From positions 37,440-101,439 of the forward strand of contig JAAYCT010000014.1 of the NCBI GenBank assembly GCA_012729635.1: 64,000 nucleotides of DNA, given 5' to 3'. Every line of letters starts with the position of its first letter. The first letter of the stretch is position 1. Source of the stretch: Clostridiaceae bacterium (GTDB lineage Bacteria; Bacillota; Clostridia; Saccharofermentanales; Saccharofermentanaceae). Below the pieces are notes generated by a model. The model saw only the letters and a program-made list of their open reading frames with translations. It had not been told where the DNA came from and did not search any database. The position numbers and the translations under genes were made by a program. Below are positions 1-9,551 of the stretch, piece after piece.

Positions 1-71
1 ATTGACGCTGGGTAAGACCTTTTTCTTTTCTCAGGCTGAGGATCAGCCCGCCGATTTTCCGGTAGTCCATG
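1..71 (-). CDS. N-terminal fragment (gene runs off the window start) of a probable XRE-type HTH regulator. The first 23 aa are MDYRKIGGLILSLRKEKGLTQRQ.
   Basis: Reverse complement of 1..71 begins ATG at 69-71, preceded by GGAGGAGGGATGCGAC. The peptide resembles an HTH_3 N-terminus. The ORF is partial. Confidence 0.35.
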
Positions 72-177
72 TCGCATCCCTCCTCCGGTATCTTAGCCGA
101 GCGGCTGTTCTTTCACAATCGACGCTTCGTAGAGTCCGCATGCGATTCTCTGCCGTATGATCCATCCCGATCCTTTC

Positions 178-657
178 CTATCTCGCGATATCCGCGATCT
201 CCGCGCCGATAAACTCGACCAGCGCCAGCGGGTCAATGAGGATCTGAGCGCCCCGCATGCCCGCACTTACAGAGATCCAGTCGAAGAGCGTGACCGCTTC
301 GTCAAAGAAGGTCGGAAAGGGCTTTTTCATCCCGACCGGCGAGCAGCCTCCGCGAATATACCCGGTCAGCGGTAGAAGTTCCCGGACGGCGATCATTTCG
401 CATGTCTTATTGCCCGAGGCCGTGGCGAGCGCTTTCAGGTCCAGTTCCGTCTCCACCGGGATGCAGGCGACCAGATAGCCCGTCTTGTCCCCCTTAAGGA
501 CGAGCGTCTTTACGACCTGTTCGACCGGAAGGCCCAGAGTCTGCGCGACGTGGACGCCGGACAGATCCTCTTCATCGACCTCGTAGGTGACTACGCGAAA
601 AGCAAGGCCCGCCTTTTCGAGCATTCGGATCGCGTTGGTCTTGACCGGCTTTTCCAT
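178..657 (-). CDS. ybaK: YbaK/EbsC-type Cys-tRNA(Pro) deacylase.
   Basis: 159-aa ORF, MEKPVKTNAIRMLEKAGLAFRVVTYEVDEE..., typical of YbaK/ProX deacylases. RBS GGAGGAGAAA before the ATG at 657. It lies 61 nt downstream of the tRNA-synthetase gene on the same strand. Confidence 0.8.
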   Translation of the reverse strand: MEKPVKTNAIRMLEKAGLAFRVVTYEVDEEDLSGVHVAQTLGLPVEQVVKTLVLKGDKTGYLVACIPVETELDLKALATASGNKTCEMIAVRELLPLTGYIRGGCSPVGMKKPFPTFFDEAVTLFDWISVSAGMRGAQILIDPLALVEFIGAEIADIAR

Positions 658-718
658 TTTCTCCTCCGTCGAGCGCTTCGTTCCTGAAACAATAAACCGA
701 CGCGATGCCCTTTATCAA

Positions 719-3124
719 TTATTCTTCTTTTCTAATGTATTGTATTTCTTTTGCGTGCGTACAGGCAACCAAATCCTTCTCGGAATCCGAAAAAAAGTCT
801 ATATGGTCCTCAGCGCACACGACGGTCAAGGACTCCAATTCCGCCTTCATCGACAGGCCGTTTTCGGTTTTAAATTTCCGCGCTTCTGCGAGGGCGGATT
901 TGAACTCCTCCCCGAAAACAAGGATGTCCGCGTCGATAATTTGCGGCTTTTCCCACAGAAGCGTGTGAATCGACACCGCTCCGACGAAATCCTTAAAGCC
1001 CTTCAGGAAGATCGTTTCGACAAGGTGAGGGATATAGATCGCGTACATCTTCAGGATGTTCAGAAGGCAAGAGAAAACTGCGTACTGCCCCGACTTTCGC
1101 CCCTCGATGCCGTGAACATCCGGCTGATAGAGTCGCTCCTTGACGATCTCGATATAGTTGTCGCAGAAATCCTTCCAAAACAAGTCGTCGATTGCTTTTC
1201 TGGCCAGTCCGATCTCGTATGAATCCAGCCATTTTGCGGCCTCGAGGATGGTTTCGTTGGTCCGTTCGATCATAAAGCGATCGATCGGTTTGATTTGCGA
1301 GGGCACATAAGCCGGATCAAAATCATGGAGATGCGAAAGCGCAAATTTTGAGGAGTTCCAGAGCTTGGTGATCAGACGGCTCGAGTTGTCCCTCATGTCG
1401 TCCGCATCGAAGTACGTGTCGGTACCCAGCTTCGCCCCCGCGGACCAATACCGGAGATAGTCTGCGGAATAGGTATCGACCAGTTCCTGCGGCGACATGG
1501 CCGAATTGCCCTTGGACTTGCTGATTTTTTCTCCTGGCTTGGCCAGGACGAAACCACAGATCATCGTGTCTTTCCACGGGATATCTCCGGTATGATAGAG
1601 GCTCTTAACGATCGTATAGAAAGCCCAGGTGCGGATGATCTCATGGGCCTGCGTCCTCATGCTCATCGGCATGAAATCTTCACCGATGCCATGCCCGGCA
1701 GCGGTGTCCCGGTTGATCAGCGGCGTGATCGATGAGGTCGCCCACGTATCCATGACGGCATGCTCCGGAACGAAGCGCTCGTTACCGCACGAGCAGACTC
1801 CGGTAAACGTTGTCTCCGGAGGGTTCACGGGGAGCTGGTCGAGCTCCGCGAAATGCGGCTTTCCGCACGCGGAGCAGTACCAGACCGGGAACGGAACTCC
1901 GAAATATCTCTGCCGTGAGATACACCAATCCCATTTCAGATTTTCGACCCAGATCGTGTACCTGTTTTTCATGGAAGGCGGATGCCATTTGATCTTGTCC
2001 CCGGCTACCAGCAGAGCATCCTTTTGTGAAAGGACATCAATATACCACTGCATGGAGGGGATGATCTCGACCTCCGTACCGCATCGCTCATGGACCGATA
2101 CCGGGTGCGTCAGCTTTTCGAGCCGGAAGAGGAGTTTCTTCTCCGTAAGGATCCGGACGATCTCTTTTCGCGCCGCAAGGACCTGGAGCCCGCCGATCAA
2201 CGGGACCGAATCGTCGATCCTGCCATTTGTGAGGATGACCTTCTTGTAGGGTAGCTGATACTCGGTAAACCACTCGACATCGGTCGTGTCGCCGAACGTC
2301 GCGCACATGACGGCTCCGGTGCCCTTATCGACCGCGACCTTCGGATCGGCGATGAGCGGGACCTCGAATTCGTAAAGCGGCACCCGGACGCTTTTCCCGA
2401 TCCGGTCGGTGTATCGCTCATCCTCCGGATTTACGAAAACGCAAACGACCCCGTACAACAGCTCCGGCCGGGTCGTCGCGATTTCAATGACCTCCCCTTC
2501 GATGGTGAAGGGAATATAACAAAATTGCGAGTCCGCGTCCGTCGACTCCAGTTCGGCCTGGGCGATGGATGTCCGGCACTCCGTGCACCACAGGACCGGC
2601 GACTGCTTCATATACGCGGCCCCCGATCGGGCCAGTTCAATAAAAGACTCCTGGGACAGTTTTTGAACCCTGGGACTGATCGTCGTATATTCGAGCTCCC
2701 AGTCGCACGAAAAGCCCATCGATTTCCACAGCTCGCGGAATTCCGCCTCATATTTTTCGGTGGTCTGCGTGCATTTTTCGCAAAACAGACTGCGTGGAAT
2801 ATCTCTGGCTTTGATCCCGGCCTCCTTTTCAACGAGCCGCTCGGAAGGAAGGCCGTTGTCGTCAAACCCAAAAGGATAAAAGACGTTATACCCCTGCATC
2901 CGACGATACCGGGCGACGATCTCCGCCTGTGTATAACTGAAAATATGACCGATGTGAAGACTGCCGTTGACGGTTGCCGGCGGCGTATCGATCGAGTATA
3001 TCGGTCGTGACGGATCCGGGGCGAACCGGTACACCTTGTGTTCGTCCCAATAACGCTGTATTTCTTTTTCGGCCGTTAAGCCGTCGTACCTTTTAGCAAA
3101 CTCTTTCATCTTGGCCCTCCCCAA
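719..3124 (-). CDS. valS: Class I aminoacyl-tRNA synthetase, most likely an archaeal-type valine--tRNA ligase.
   Basis: 801 aa. HIGH motif in IDTPPATVNGSLHIGHIFSYTQAEIVARYRRMQGYNVFYPFGFDDNGLPSE. KMSKS-type motif KISKSKGN. The N-terminal pattern matches the archaeal/type-2 ValRS signature IDTPPP..G..H.GH. Val versus Leu specificity was not confirmed. Confidence 0.65.
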   Translation of the reverse strand: MGRAKMKEFAKRYDGLTAEKEIQRYWDEHKVYRFAPDPSRPIYSIDTPPATVNGSLHIGHIFSYTQAEIVARYRRMQGYNVFYPFGFDDNGLPSERLVEKEAGIKARDIPRSLFCEKCTQTTEKYEAEFRELWKSMGFSCDWELEYTTISPRVQKLSQESFIELARSGAAYMKQSPVLWCTECRTSIAQAELESTDADSQFCYIPFTIEGEVIEIATTRPELLYGVVCVFVNPEDERYTDRIGKSVRVPLYEFEVPLIADPKVAVDKGTGAVMCATFGDTTDVEWFTEYQLPYKKVILTNGRIDDSVPLIGGLQVLAARKEIVRILTEKKLLFRLEKLTHPVSVHERCGTEVEIIPSMQWYIDVLSQKDALLVAGDKIKWHPPSMKNRYTIWVENLKWDWCISRQRYFGVPFPVWYCSACGKPHFAELDQLPVNPPETTFTGVCSCGNERFVPEHAVMDTWATSSITPLINRDTAAGHGIGEDFMPMSMRTQAHEIIRTWAFYTIVKSLYHTGDIPWKDTMICGFVLAKPGEKISKSKGNSAMSPQELVDTYSADYLRYWSAGAKLGTDTYFDADDMRDNSSRLITKLWNSSKFALSHLHDFDPAYVPSQIKPIDRFMIERTNETILEAAKWLDSYEIGLARKAIDDLFWKDFCDNYIEIVKERLYQPDVHGIEGRKSGQYAVFSCLLNILKMYAIYIPHLVETIFLKGFKDFVGAVSIHTLLWEKPQIIDADILVFGEEFKSALAEARKFKTENGLSMKAELESLTVVCAEDHIDFFSDSEKDLVACTHAKEIQYIRKEE

Positions 3125-3345
3125 TAAAAAAACGCCCTAAGAATTAAATCCTTAGGGCGAAAATCCGCGGTACCACCTAAATTCACGGCAAAAGCCGTGA
3201 TCTCTTTCGTTGATAACGGTGAACATCACCGGCGGATTCTACTTCGCATTCTTTCCGCACTCTTGAGCCACTTCACAAAGGTCCGTGTGAAGACTTTCAC
3301 CGACCGTCTTCTCTCTATAACAACGAACTCCCCTGTTACTCTTCT
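3125..3345 (-). promoter_or_regulatory. T-box riboswitch leader with an intrinsic terminator, upstream of valS.
   Basis: Minus-strand AATTTAGGTGGTACCGCGG (plus 3165-3183) matches the conserved T-box sequence. It is followed by the hairpin GCCCTAAGGATTTAATTCTTAGGGCG and a T7 run (plus 3125-3158). An AGAGA GA-motif occurs further 5'. The specifier codon was not assigned. Confidence 0.7.
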
Positions 3346-3549
3346 CAGTCATTGTTTTCTTTATGAGGGGACTCGTGCTCTTGCGCTTTCGGCAGGATAT
3401 ACAGAAGAACGATTCCCGATTTTCAAGATCGTATATGGAGGTCATTCTATCATGGTTGATGTCCGGTGTAAATCGATGACAGAATGCCAACAATCTCCGG
3501 TAGATTTAGGTGGATAATCGGTCGCCGCCTTCTCTCGGACCGGTCCCGA

Positions 3550-4383
3550 TCATTGCTTCGGTTTTCGACCGACATACATGGCGTGCTCCGAAAGCGCCAA
3601 ATATTCCGGCAGTTCCAGAAATTTCTTCGCGAGTTCGATCCATAACTCATATTCTTCCGGAGGAAACTCTTTGACTTGATTTTCATTCAGAGCCAGTATG
3701 CCCTCTTGTCCGAATAAATGAAGTTTTGTCAGTCCGAAATGCTCCATGAACGGTTCGATCTGTTTTTGATTGACAAAACAGGCGGACGTAAACGCGGGTC
3801 CGGTGTATTCGGTACCGGAGACGACAGATTCGATCAGTTGTTTCTGGGTTGGATCGGTAAGGACTACCGGTAAACATCCGGGGCCACTTTTCAGGCAATA
3901 GATGATCCCGGAAAAATCCAGAATAAACGAACAATAAAGAATTCCGCCCGGTTTCAGCCTCTTGAGTGCAAGCTCGACCGAACGGATCCGATCGTTTTTG
4001 TCGAGAAGATGATAAAGCGGTCCCATCAGGAATACATGGTCATAACTACCGAGCTCCATGGAGTCCAGGTCCAGACAATTCCCCCGGATTTTTCTGAACG
4101 ATACATCGTTTTCGATCGATTTCTGCTCAGCCAACGCGATGTTGCCGTCGGATAAGTCGATCAGTGTAACATCGCATTTTTTCCGCGCGTAATAAACTGA
4201 ATATCTCCCGGGTCCGCCTCCGATATCCAGGATACTGTCTCCCTCACGGATATACGGATCGATCATATGGGTCGTAAAGACGAATTCAAACGGATGCTCC
4301 TCCAGTCGATCCCATTCCGCGTGAGGATTATCGTCGTAAAATTTCTTTACCTCTTGAATGCTCATTTCGTTTTGAATGCTCAT
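3550..4383 (-). CDS. Class I SAM-dependent methyltransferase.
   Basis: Motif LDIGGGPGRYSVYYA (SAM-binding motif I). The start was chosen at the ATG (plus 4381-4383) with RBS GGAGAAAAACGAA. The longer track ORF (to 4569) lacks an RBS. The N-terminus contains an in-frame 18-bp tandem duplication, NEMSIQ x2. Confidence 0.75.
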   Translation of the reverse strand: MSIQNEMSIQEVKKFYDDNPHAEWDRLEEHPFEFVFTTHMIDPYIREGDSILDIGGGPGRYSVYYARKKCDVTLIDLSDGNIALAEQKSIENDVSFRKIRGNCLDLDSMELGSYDHVFLMGPLYHLLDKNDRIRSVELALKRLKPGGILYCSFILDFSGIIYCLKSGPGCLPVVLTDPTQKQLIESVVSGTEYTGPAFTSACFVNQKQIEPFMEHFGLTKLHLFGQEGILALNENQVKEFPPEEYELWIELAKKFLELPEYLALSEHAMYVGRKPKQ

Positions 4384-4626
4384 TTCGTTTTTCTCCGTTC
4401 CAAAGTTGTTTTGTCCCAAAACGGTATATCCATTATCCGATTTCTGCATATACCTATGATATTCCTTCAAAGGAACAATGAAAAGCAAGCCGAATCCGCT
4501 TTCGCTTGATAGAATGTTTATATCTAATTCATTCACACACCGTAAGCTTGCCGACTGGTTTTCGAGCAAGCCAGGTCAAGAAATAAGCTTCGCTCACTGA
4601 TATTCTGATCTCGAAAAGGAGGAACG

Positions 4627-5535
4627 ATGGAGCACCGGGAAATCATCGACGCTGTACAACGAATGCAAAATCATATCGACGCGAACATCCGATCGCCGAT
4701 CACACTTCGCGACCTCGCGAAGGCCGCCGGCTACTCGCAGTGGCACTCCGCGCGGCTTTTCAAGGAGCTCATCGGAAAGACCCCCTTCGAGTACATCCGG
4801 GCGCTACGGCTCAGCAAAGCCGCCGAAGAATTGCGGAATGGCCACCCGCGGGTCGTCGATGTCGCTTTCGATTTTGTATTTGACTCCCACGAAGGCTTCA
4901 CGAGAGCGTTTGCCCGGGAATTCGGCGTATCGCCGAAAAAGTACAGCACGCACCCCGTCCCGATCAAGCTTTTCATGCCCCCGCGAATCCGGGACTATTA
5001 TTTCACATTACAAAAAGGAGAGAAAACCATGAGTGAAAAGAAAAATCCGAATACCGTTTTTGTCCAGGTAGTCGAACGACCCGCCCGCAAGATGATCCTG
5101 AAGCGCGGGATCAAGGCGACCCATTATTTCGAATTCTGCGAGGAGGTCGGCTGTGATATTTGGGGGATCCTTTGCAGTATCAAGGAAGCGATCTACGAGC
5201 CGGTCGGCTGTTGGATGCCCGATCGGCTGATCCCCCCGGGAACGTCGAAGTATATCCAGGGCGTCGAAGTCCCGCTCGATTACGCCGGAGAGATCCCCGA
5301 GGGCTTCGAGATCATCGACCTCCCGCCTTGTAAGATGATGATTTTTCAGGGCGAACCTTTCGAGGACGAGAAATTCAACGAGGCGATCGAGGATCTCTGG
5401 GAAGTGATGAAGAAATACGATCCGAAGATCTACGGCTTCGAATGGGCGGATGACGACGCGCCCCGGATCCAGCTTTCGCCGGAAGGCTACCGCGGTTACA
5501 TCGAGGGGCGTCCGGTAAGAACGTTGGCAAAATGA
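4627..5535 (+). CDS. AraC-family transcriptional regulator with a C-terminal GyrI-like effector-binding domain.
   Basis: N-terminal HTH_AraC (LRDLAKAAGYSQWHSARLFKELIGKTPFEYIRALRL). The C-terminal ~150 aa have the GyrI/SbmC-like fold pattern. Confidence 0.8.
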   Translation: MEHREIIDAVQRMQNHIDANIRSPITLRDLAKAAGYSQWHSARLFKELIGKTPFEYIRALRLSKAAEELRNGHPRVVDVAFDFVFDSHEGFTRAFAREFGVSPKKYSTHPVPIKLFMPPRIRDYYFTLQKGEKTMSEKKNPNTVFVQVVERPARKMILKRGIKATHYFEFCEEVGCDIWGILCSIKEAIYEPVGCWMPDRLIPPGTSKYIQGVEVPLDYAGEIPEGFEIIDLPPCKMMIFQGEPFEDEKFNEAIEDLWEVMKKYDPKIYGFEWADDDAPRIQLSPEGYRGYIEGRPVRTLAK

Positions 5536-5569
5536 TTTCTATAATCCTGACAGCGGAGTTCGGCGTAGG

Positions 5570-6112
5570 TCAATCCTGCGCCGGACTTCGATTCTTTTCC
5601 CACTCACTTCTAAGTATTGCGTATGCGTACGTGTCCTGCCAGATCGGAAACCCGTCGCTATCTTTGCGAAACCATACCTTTTCGCGAAAATGTCCCTCCC
5701 TGCGCATGCCGAGGCGCTCGAGAATCCGCCACGACGCGGTGTTTTCGGGATTGCACATCGCGACGATCCGGCGGGCCTTCCCGCTCTCGAAAAGCTCGTC
5801 CGTCACCGCCCGCGCCGCCTCCGTCGCGTAGCCTTTCCCCTGATACCCGTCATGGAATACATAGCCGAGTTCCCACGTATCAAACTCCCCGGGCGCGAGA
5901 TATAGGTTTCCGATCAGCCGCCCCGAATCCCGGAGGCACACCGCCAGGAAATTCGGATCCCCGGCGCGACGCATCGCCTCCACCTCTGCCTGTTCACGCG
6001 TGAACACGCTGTAGGGCTCATACCGGACCACGGCTTCCCTCGACAAATACTCGAAAAGCCCCCCGGCGTCCCCCGGCATAAACCTGCGAATCAAAAGTCT
6101 TTCTGTCTCCAT
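5570..6112 (-). CDS. GNAT-family N-acetyltransferase (RimJ/RimL-like).
   Basis: 180 aa, METERLLIRRFMPGDAGGLFEYL...GYATEAARAV. Typical GNAT acetyl-CoA-binding motifs. Confidence 0.8.
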   Translation of the reverse strand: METERLLIRRFMPGDAGGLFEYLSREAVVRYEPYSVFTREQAEVEAMRRAGDPNFLAVCLRDSGRLIGNLYLAPGEFDTWELGYVFHDGYQGKGYATEAARAVTDELFESGKARRIVAMCNPENTASWRILERLGMRREGHFREKVWFRKDSDGFPIWQDTYAYAILRSEWEKNRSPAQD

Positions 6113-6122
6113 CCCGTCGTCC

Positions 6123-6614
6123 TTATCTCAGTATTTCGATCATATCGCCGATAAAGGCGGTCACGTCCTCCTCGAGCCGCCGGATCAGCGCTTCCTTATC
6201 CTCGAAATCCGGGCGCTCGACCAGGCGCTTTTCGATGATGGAATCAACTCCGGGGCTGACCTTCGAAAGCGTATACGATCCGATGTCCGCGCCGCTCAAC
6301 CGCCCGATATATTCGGCCTGAATCTTTCGATTCCCGCCGCCGAGCCAGACCTCGAACCGGTTCTCTTCATGAAGATACACCAGGGCGACCTTGAGGTTTC
6401 TGCCCTTCAGTTCGGCCGGTGTGATCGCAAAGTACGTCATGTCCATGAAGCCCGCGTAAAGGGCGCTCAGCGCATGGCCGGGGTGCGACGCGCTCATACG
6501 GCGCAGGAGTTCCGACATAAAGGACAGGATCCCGCGGTATGCCCTCGGGACCGCACCTTCTTTGAGTCGTTCGGTGTATTCACGGATATCGTCATTCAAC
6601 GAGTACATGATCAT
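6123..6614 (-). CDS. Hypothetical protein.
   Basis: 163-aa ORF directly downstream of the ATPase gene on the same strand. No recognisable family. Confidence 0.45.
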   Translation of the reverse strand: MIMYSLNDDIREYTERLKEGAVPRAYRGILSFMSELLRRMSASHPGHALSALYAGFMDMTYFAITPAELKGRNLKVALVYLHEENRFEVWLGGGNRKIQAEYIGRLSGADIGSYTLSKVSPGVDSIIEKRLVERPDFEDKEALIRRLEEDVTAFIGDMIEILR

Positions 6615-6677
6615 TCCCCCTTCTATTCCTCGCCTTTGTATGTCGCACAGCGCATTTCTCGTCTGTTGACATCACGG

Positions 6678-7877
6678 CTACTTACCCAGCAAAAAATCGA
6701 CAAGTTTCATGTGAATGATTCCATCCCGCGAAACGGTCGTTCGGTCCCGTGTCACAACATACTTCGGATAGTTATCGCGGATTTCCGAATACGCTCCGAA
6801 CTCACGTTCGACCACGCGCTCATCGCTCAACAGATATGCCACTTGCAGATAAAACTTCTCCTGCCCCTTCTCCGCGATGAAGTCGACCTCTCCTTTTTGG
6901 GTTTTCCCGATAAACACCTTATATCCCCTTGAAATCAGTTCGTTGTAACAGACGGTCTCGATGATATGACCGTATTCGTCTTTGATCCTGTTCTTCTTCA
7001 ACCTGAAAAAACCCGGATCACACACATAGATTTTTTCCTGAAATGCCAGGATACTTTTGCCACGCACGTCATAACGCGAAATCTTGTCACAGATACACGC
7101 TTCCTCGATATAGCGAAGATAATCGTACACCGTCGGTGCCGAAACACTCGAGGGGCCTTCCGAGATCGACGCCGCGACAGCGTTTCCGGATATTGTAAGA
7201 GATGAGTTTGCGATTACATAGTCAAGGATTTTATCAAGCGCCGCTGTCGATGAAACATTATTCCGAATGACGATGTCCTTCAGCACAACGGAATCGTAAA
7301 TATTAGACAAGATTACTTCCTTGATGATCGCATCGTCTTCCCTGCAAACAAGCGGAAAACCGCCCCATTTCAGGTATTCATCGAGCATCTCGTCCGGATT
7401 CATCGAATTCTGTAAATCCGCTCGAAACTCCATGAATTCGCCAAAAGAAAAAGGCATGATTCGAAAAGAAAGCGTTCTTCCGCCAAGATGTGTCGCTAAC
7501 TCCCCGGACAGCAATTTTGAATTGGAACCGGTAAGAAAAATGCTGACATCGTGCGTTGCCCGAAAAGAATTGATGACCACTTCAAAGCGATCCACACTCT
7601 GAATCTCATCGAAAAACAGGTAAAACTTTCCCTCCTTACCGATTCGTTCCAGGATGTACCGGTAAAGAGTATCGGAATCAAGCATATCCCGATACGAATA
7701 ATCCTCAAAATTGACAAATATGATCCGCTCTTCCGAAATTCCTTCTTCCGAGAGTTCCTGAATGATTTGGCGCAGGATGGTCGACTTACCGCACCGCCTG
7801 ATCCCGGTAAGCACTTTGATCATTTCGGAGTGATAAAAGGGCCGGATTCGGCGCAAATAAGTTTCTCTTTTTACCAT
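6678..7877 (-). CDS. AAA+ ATPase of the DUF4143 'ATP-binding protein' family (paralog 1 of 3).
   Basis: Walker A GIRRCGKST and Walker B LFFDEIQ. Start set at the ATG (plus 7875-7877) with RBS GGAGGAAAGATGAG. The gene is AT-rich relative to its flanks. Confidence 0.8.
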   Translation of the reverse strand: MVKRETYLRRIRPFYHSEMIKVLTGIRRCGKSTILRQIIQELSEEGISEERIIFVNFEDYSYRDMLDSDTLYRYILERIGKEGKFYLFFDEIQSVDRFEVVINSFRATHDVSIFLTGSNSKLLSGELATHLGGRTLSFRIMPFSFGEFMEFRADLQNSMNPDEMLDEYLKWGGFPLVCREDDAIIKEVILSNIYDSVVLKDIVIRNNVSSTAALDKILDYVIANSSLTISGNAVAASISEGPSSVSAPTVYDYLRYIEEACICDKISRYDVRGKSILAFQEKIYVCDPGFFRLKKNRIKDEYGHIIETVCYNELISRGYKVFIGKTQKGEVDFIAEKGQEKFYLQVAYLLSDERVVEREFGAYSEIRDNYPKYVVTRDRTTVSRDGIIHMKLVDFLLGK

Positions 7878-8066
7878 CTCATCTTTCCTCCGGGCATATC
7901 CTGTTTTAAGAATAGCAGAATGAAAGAGATATGTAAACATAGAATTAATATATTTTAATTCTATGCCCATTTGTGTTTTTCGTATTAATCATGCTTAATT
8001 CCATTGATGGCATTGTTTATAACCCATTCGACGAATTGACTCAGATCGGGAGAGGATCCCGATCGC

Positions 8067-8522
8067 TCATTTATCTTCCTCACCCCACCGGTACTTCCGG
8101 TTTCTAAGCCAACGATCCATATCGCAGGCAAGGCACAGTCCGTTATGACAACAGATCGTCCCCCCGCAGGTCGGGCAACGCCATTTCTCTTCCTGTTGGC
8201 GCACAAATTCTTCCGTCCCGTTTTCGCGGATCGAATTCAAATTCGCGATCATACTCATATGGTATTTACTACGATAGCGCTTGTCGAGAGACTTCAATCG
8301 CTTGCAGGGATAGTCCCCGCATTCGGTGCAGAAGCGCACCCGGCCTTTGCCGACCTTTTCACATATATCGGCCATATGGAGACAATGCTCTCCGCGCGGG
8401 ATGCATCCGGGGCAATAGGTCCGGTGGAAGCCTTTTTGATTGATGTCCAATTCCCGCGCCTGATAAGCGACACAAAGCCGGCAGTTCATCCCGCAAGGGG
8501 CGATCAGATCTTCTTCGTTCAT
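8067..8522 (-). CDS. DUF3795-family cysteine-rich protein.
   Basis: MNEEDLIAPCGMNCRLCVAYQ... with repeated CxxC spacing typical of DUF3795. Confidence 0.65.
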   Translation of the reverse strand: MNEEDLIAPCGMNCRLCVAYQARELDINQKGFHRTYCPGCIPRGEHCLHMADICEKVGKGRVRFCTECGDYPCKRLKSLDKRYRSKYHMSMIANLNSIRENGTEEFVRQQEEKWRCPTCGGTICCHNGLCLACDMDRWLRNRKYRWGEEDK

Positions 8523-9502
8523 ACTGCTCCCTCACGGATCTTCTCATGCAGTTCCTCGACGTTATAATCGATGTTACTTAAAATCGTAATGCTCCGGCGA
8601 TTTTTCCGGTCATATGACGTAATGAAGTTCGCGCCCGGGTCACATCCCAGAAAGGACGGAACACCGTCATCCGGGATCCATAAACCGTAACCGTACACGC
8701 CTTCGTCCGATTGCGGCTTACACATCTCCTCAACGAGATCTTTTCCGATTAACGATCCGCCGAGGAGAGCCGCCCAGAATTTTTCGACATCGGGCGCCGT
8801 CGTGAATGCGCCGCCCGCTCCGGTCCCTTTGGCATCGATCGAAAAGATATTCGTCCGGTACTCCTTCCGCTCCTCATCGAAAATATACGACGACGCGCAC
8901 CGCGCCGGCAACCGGTCGAGTTCGTAGTAGCCGGTATCCGTCATGCCCGCCGGATCGAAAATCGCCTTCTTCAGGTACACGTCAAAGGGATCTCCGGTGA
9001 TCTCCTCGATGATCAATCCCAGAACGACATACCCGGTATTGTTATATTGGAAACGCGCGCCCTTTTCGTACATCATCGGCTTATCAATGAATAGCGGGAT
9101 CAGGTCGGCCGATTTCCGAATCCGATAGTTCGGAAAATCATGCCAGAGCTCCTCATATTCGGTCATCACGGACTCATCAAAATAATCCGGGATGCCCGAG
9201 GTATGATTGAGAAGCTGACGCACCGTGATCCCCGGATCAATGGCCTTCAGGTCGAATTTCAGGATTCTTCCGATCGTCGAGTCGAAGCGGATCGCGCCCT
9301 TTTCGATCAGGCCGAGGATCGCGGTCGCGACAAAGACTTTTCCGGCGGACGCCGTTCCGAACCGCGTATCGACCCGGTTCGGTATCTTATTGGCCTTGTC
9401 GGCGAATCCGTATTCTCCCCGAAAAACATTCCGCCCGTCGACCGTGACCGAGACGATACCGCTGAAGTCCGGACTGATGAGGTCTTGTATATTCATATTC
9501 AT
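8519..9502 (-). CDS. Serine hydrolase, beta-lactamase / penicillin-binding-protein-like (class C type).
   Basis: SxxK active-site motif in FGTASAGKVFVATA. 327 aa. Confidence 0.8.
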   Translation of the reverse strand: MNMNIQDLISPDFSGIVSVTVDGRNVFRGEYGFADKANKIPNRVDTRFGTASAGKVFVATAILGLIEKGAIRFDSTIGRILKFDLKAIDPGITVRQLLNHTSGIPDYFDESVMTEYEELWHDFPNYRIRKSADLIPLFIDKPMMYEKGARFQYNNTGYVVLGLIIEEITGDPFDVYLKKAIFDPAGMTDTGYYELDRLPARCASSYIFDEERKEYRTNIFSIDAKGTGAGGAFTTAPDVEKFWAALLGGSLIGKDLVEEMCKPQSDEGVYGYGLWIPDDGVPSFLGCDPGANFITSYDRKNRRSITILSNIDYNVEELHEKIREGAV

Positions 9503-9551
9503 CCCTGCTATCGCTCCGTGTTTAATGGTTTTGCGGATAGATGTGATAAGG

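Noticed and set aside
5617-6003. 128-aa plus ORF rich in Pro/Arg/Ser.
   Set aside because: Antisense shadow of the GNAT acetyltransferase gene in GC-rich DNA.
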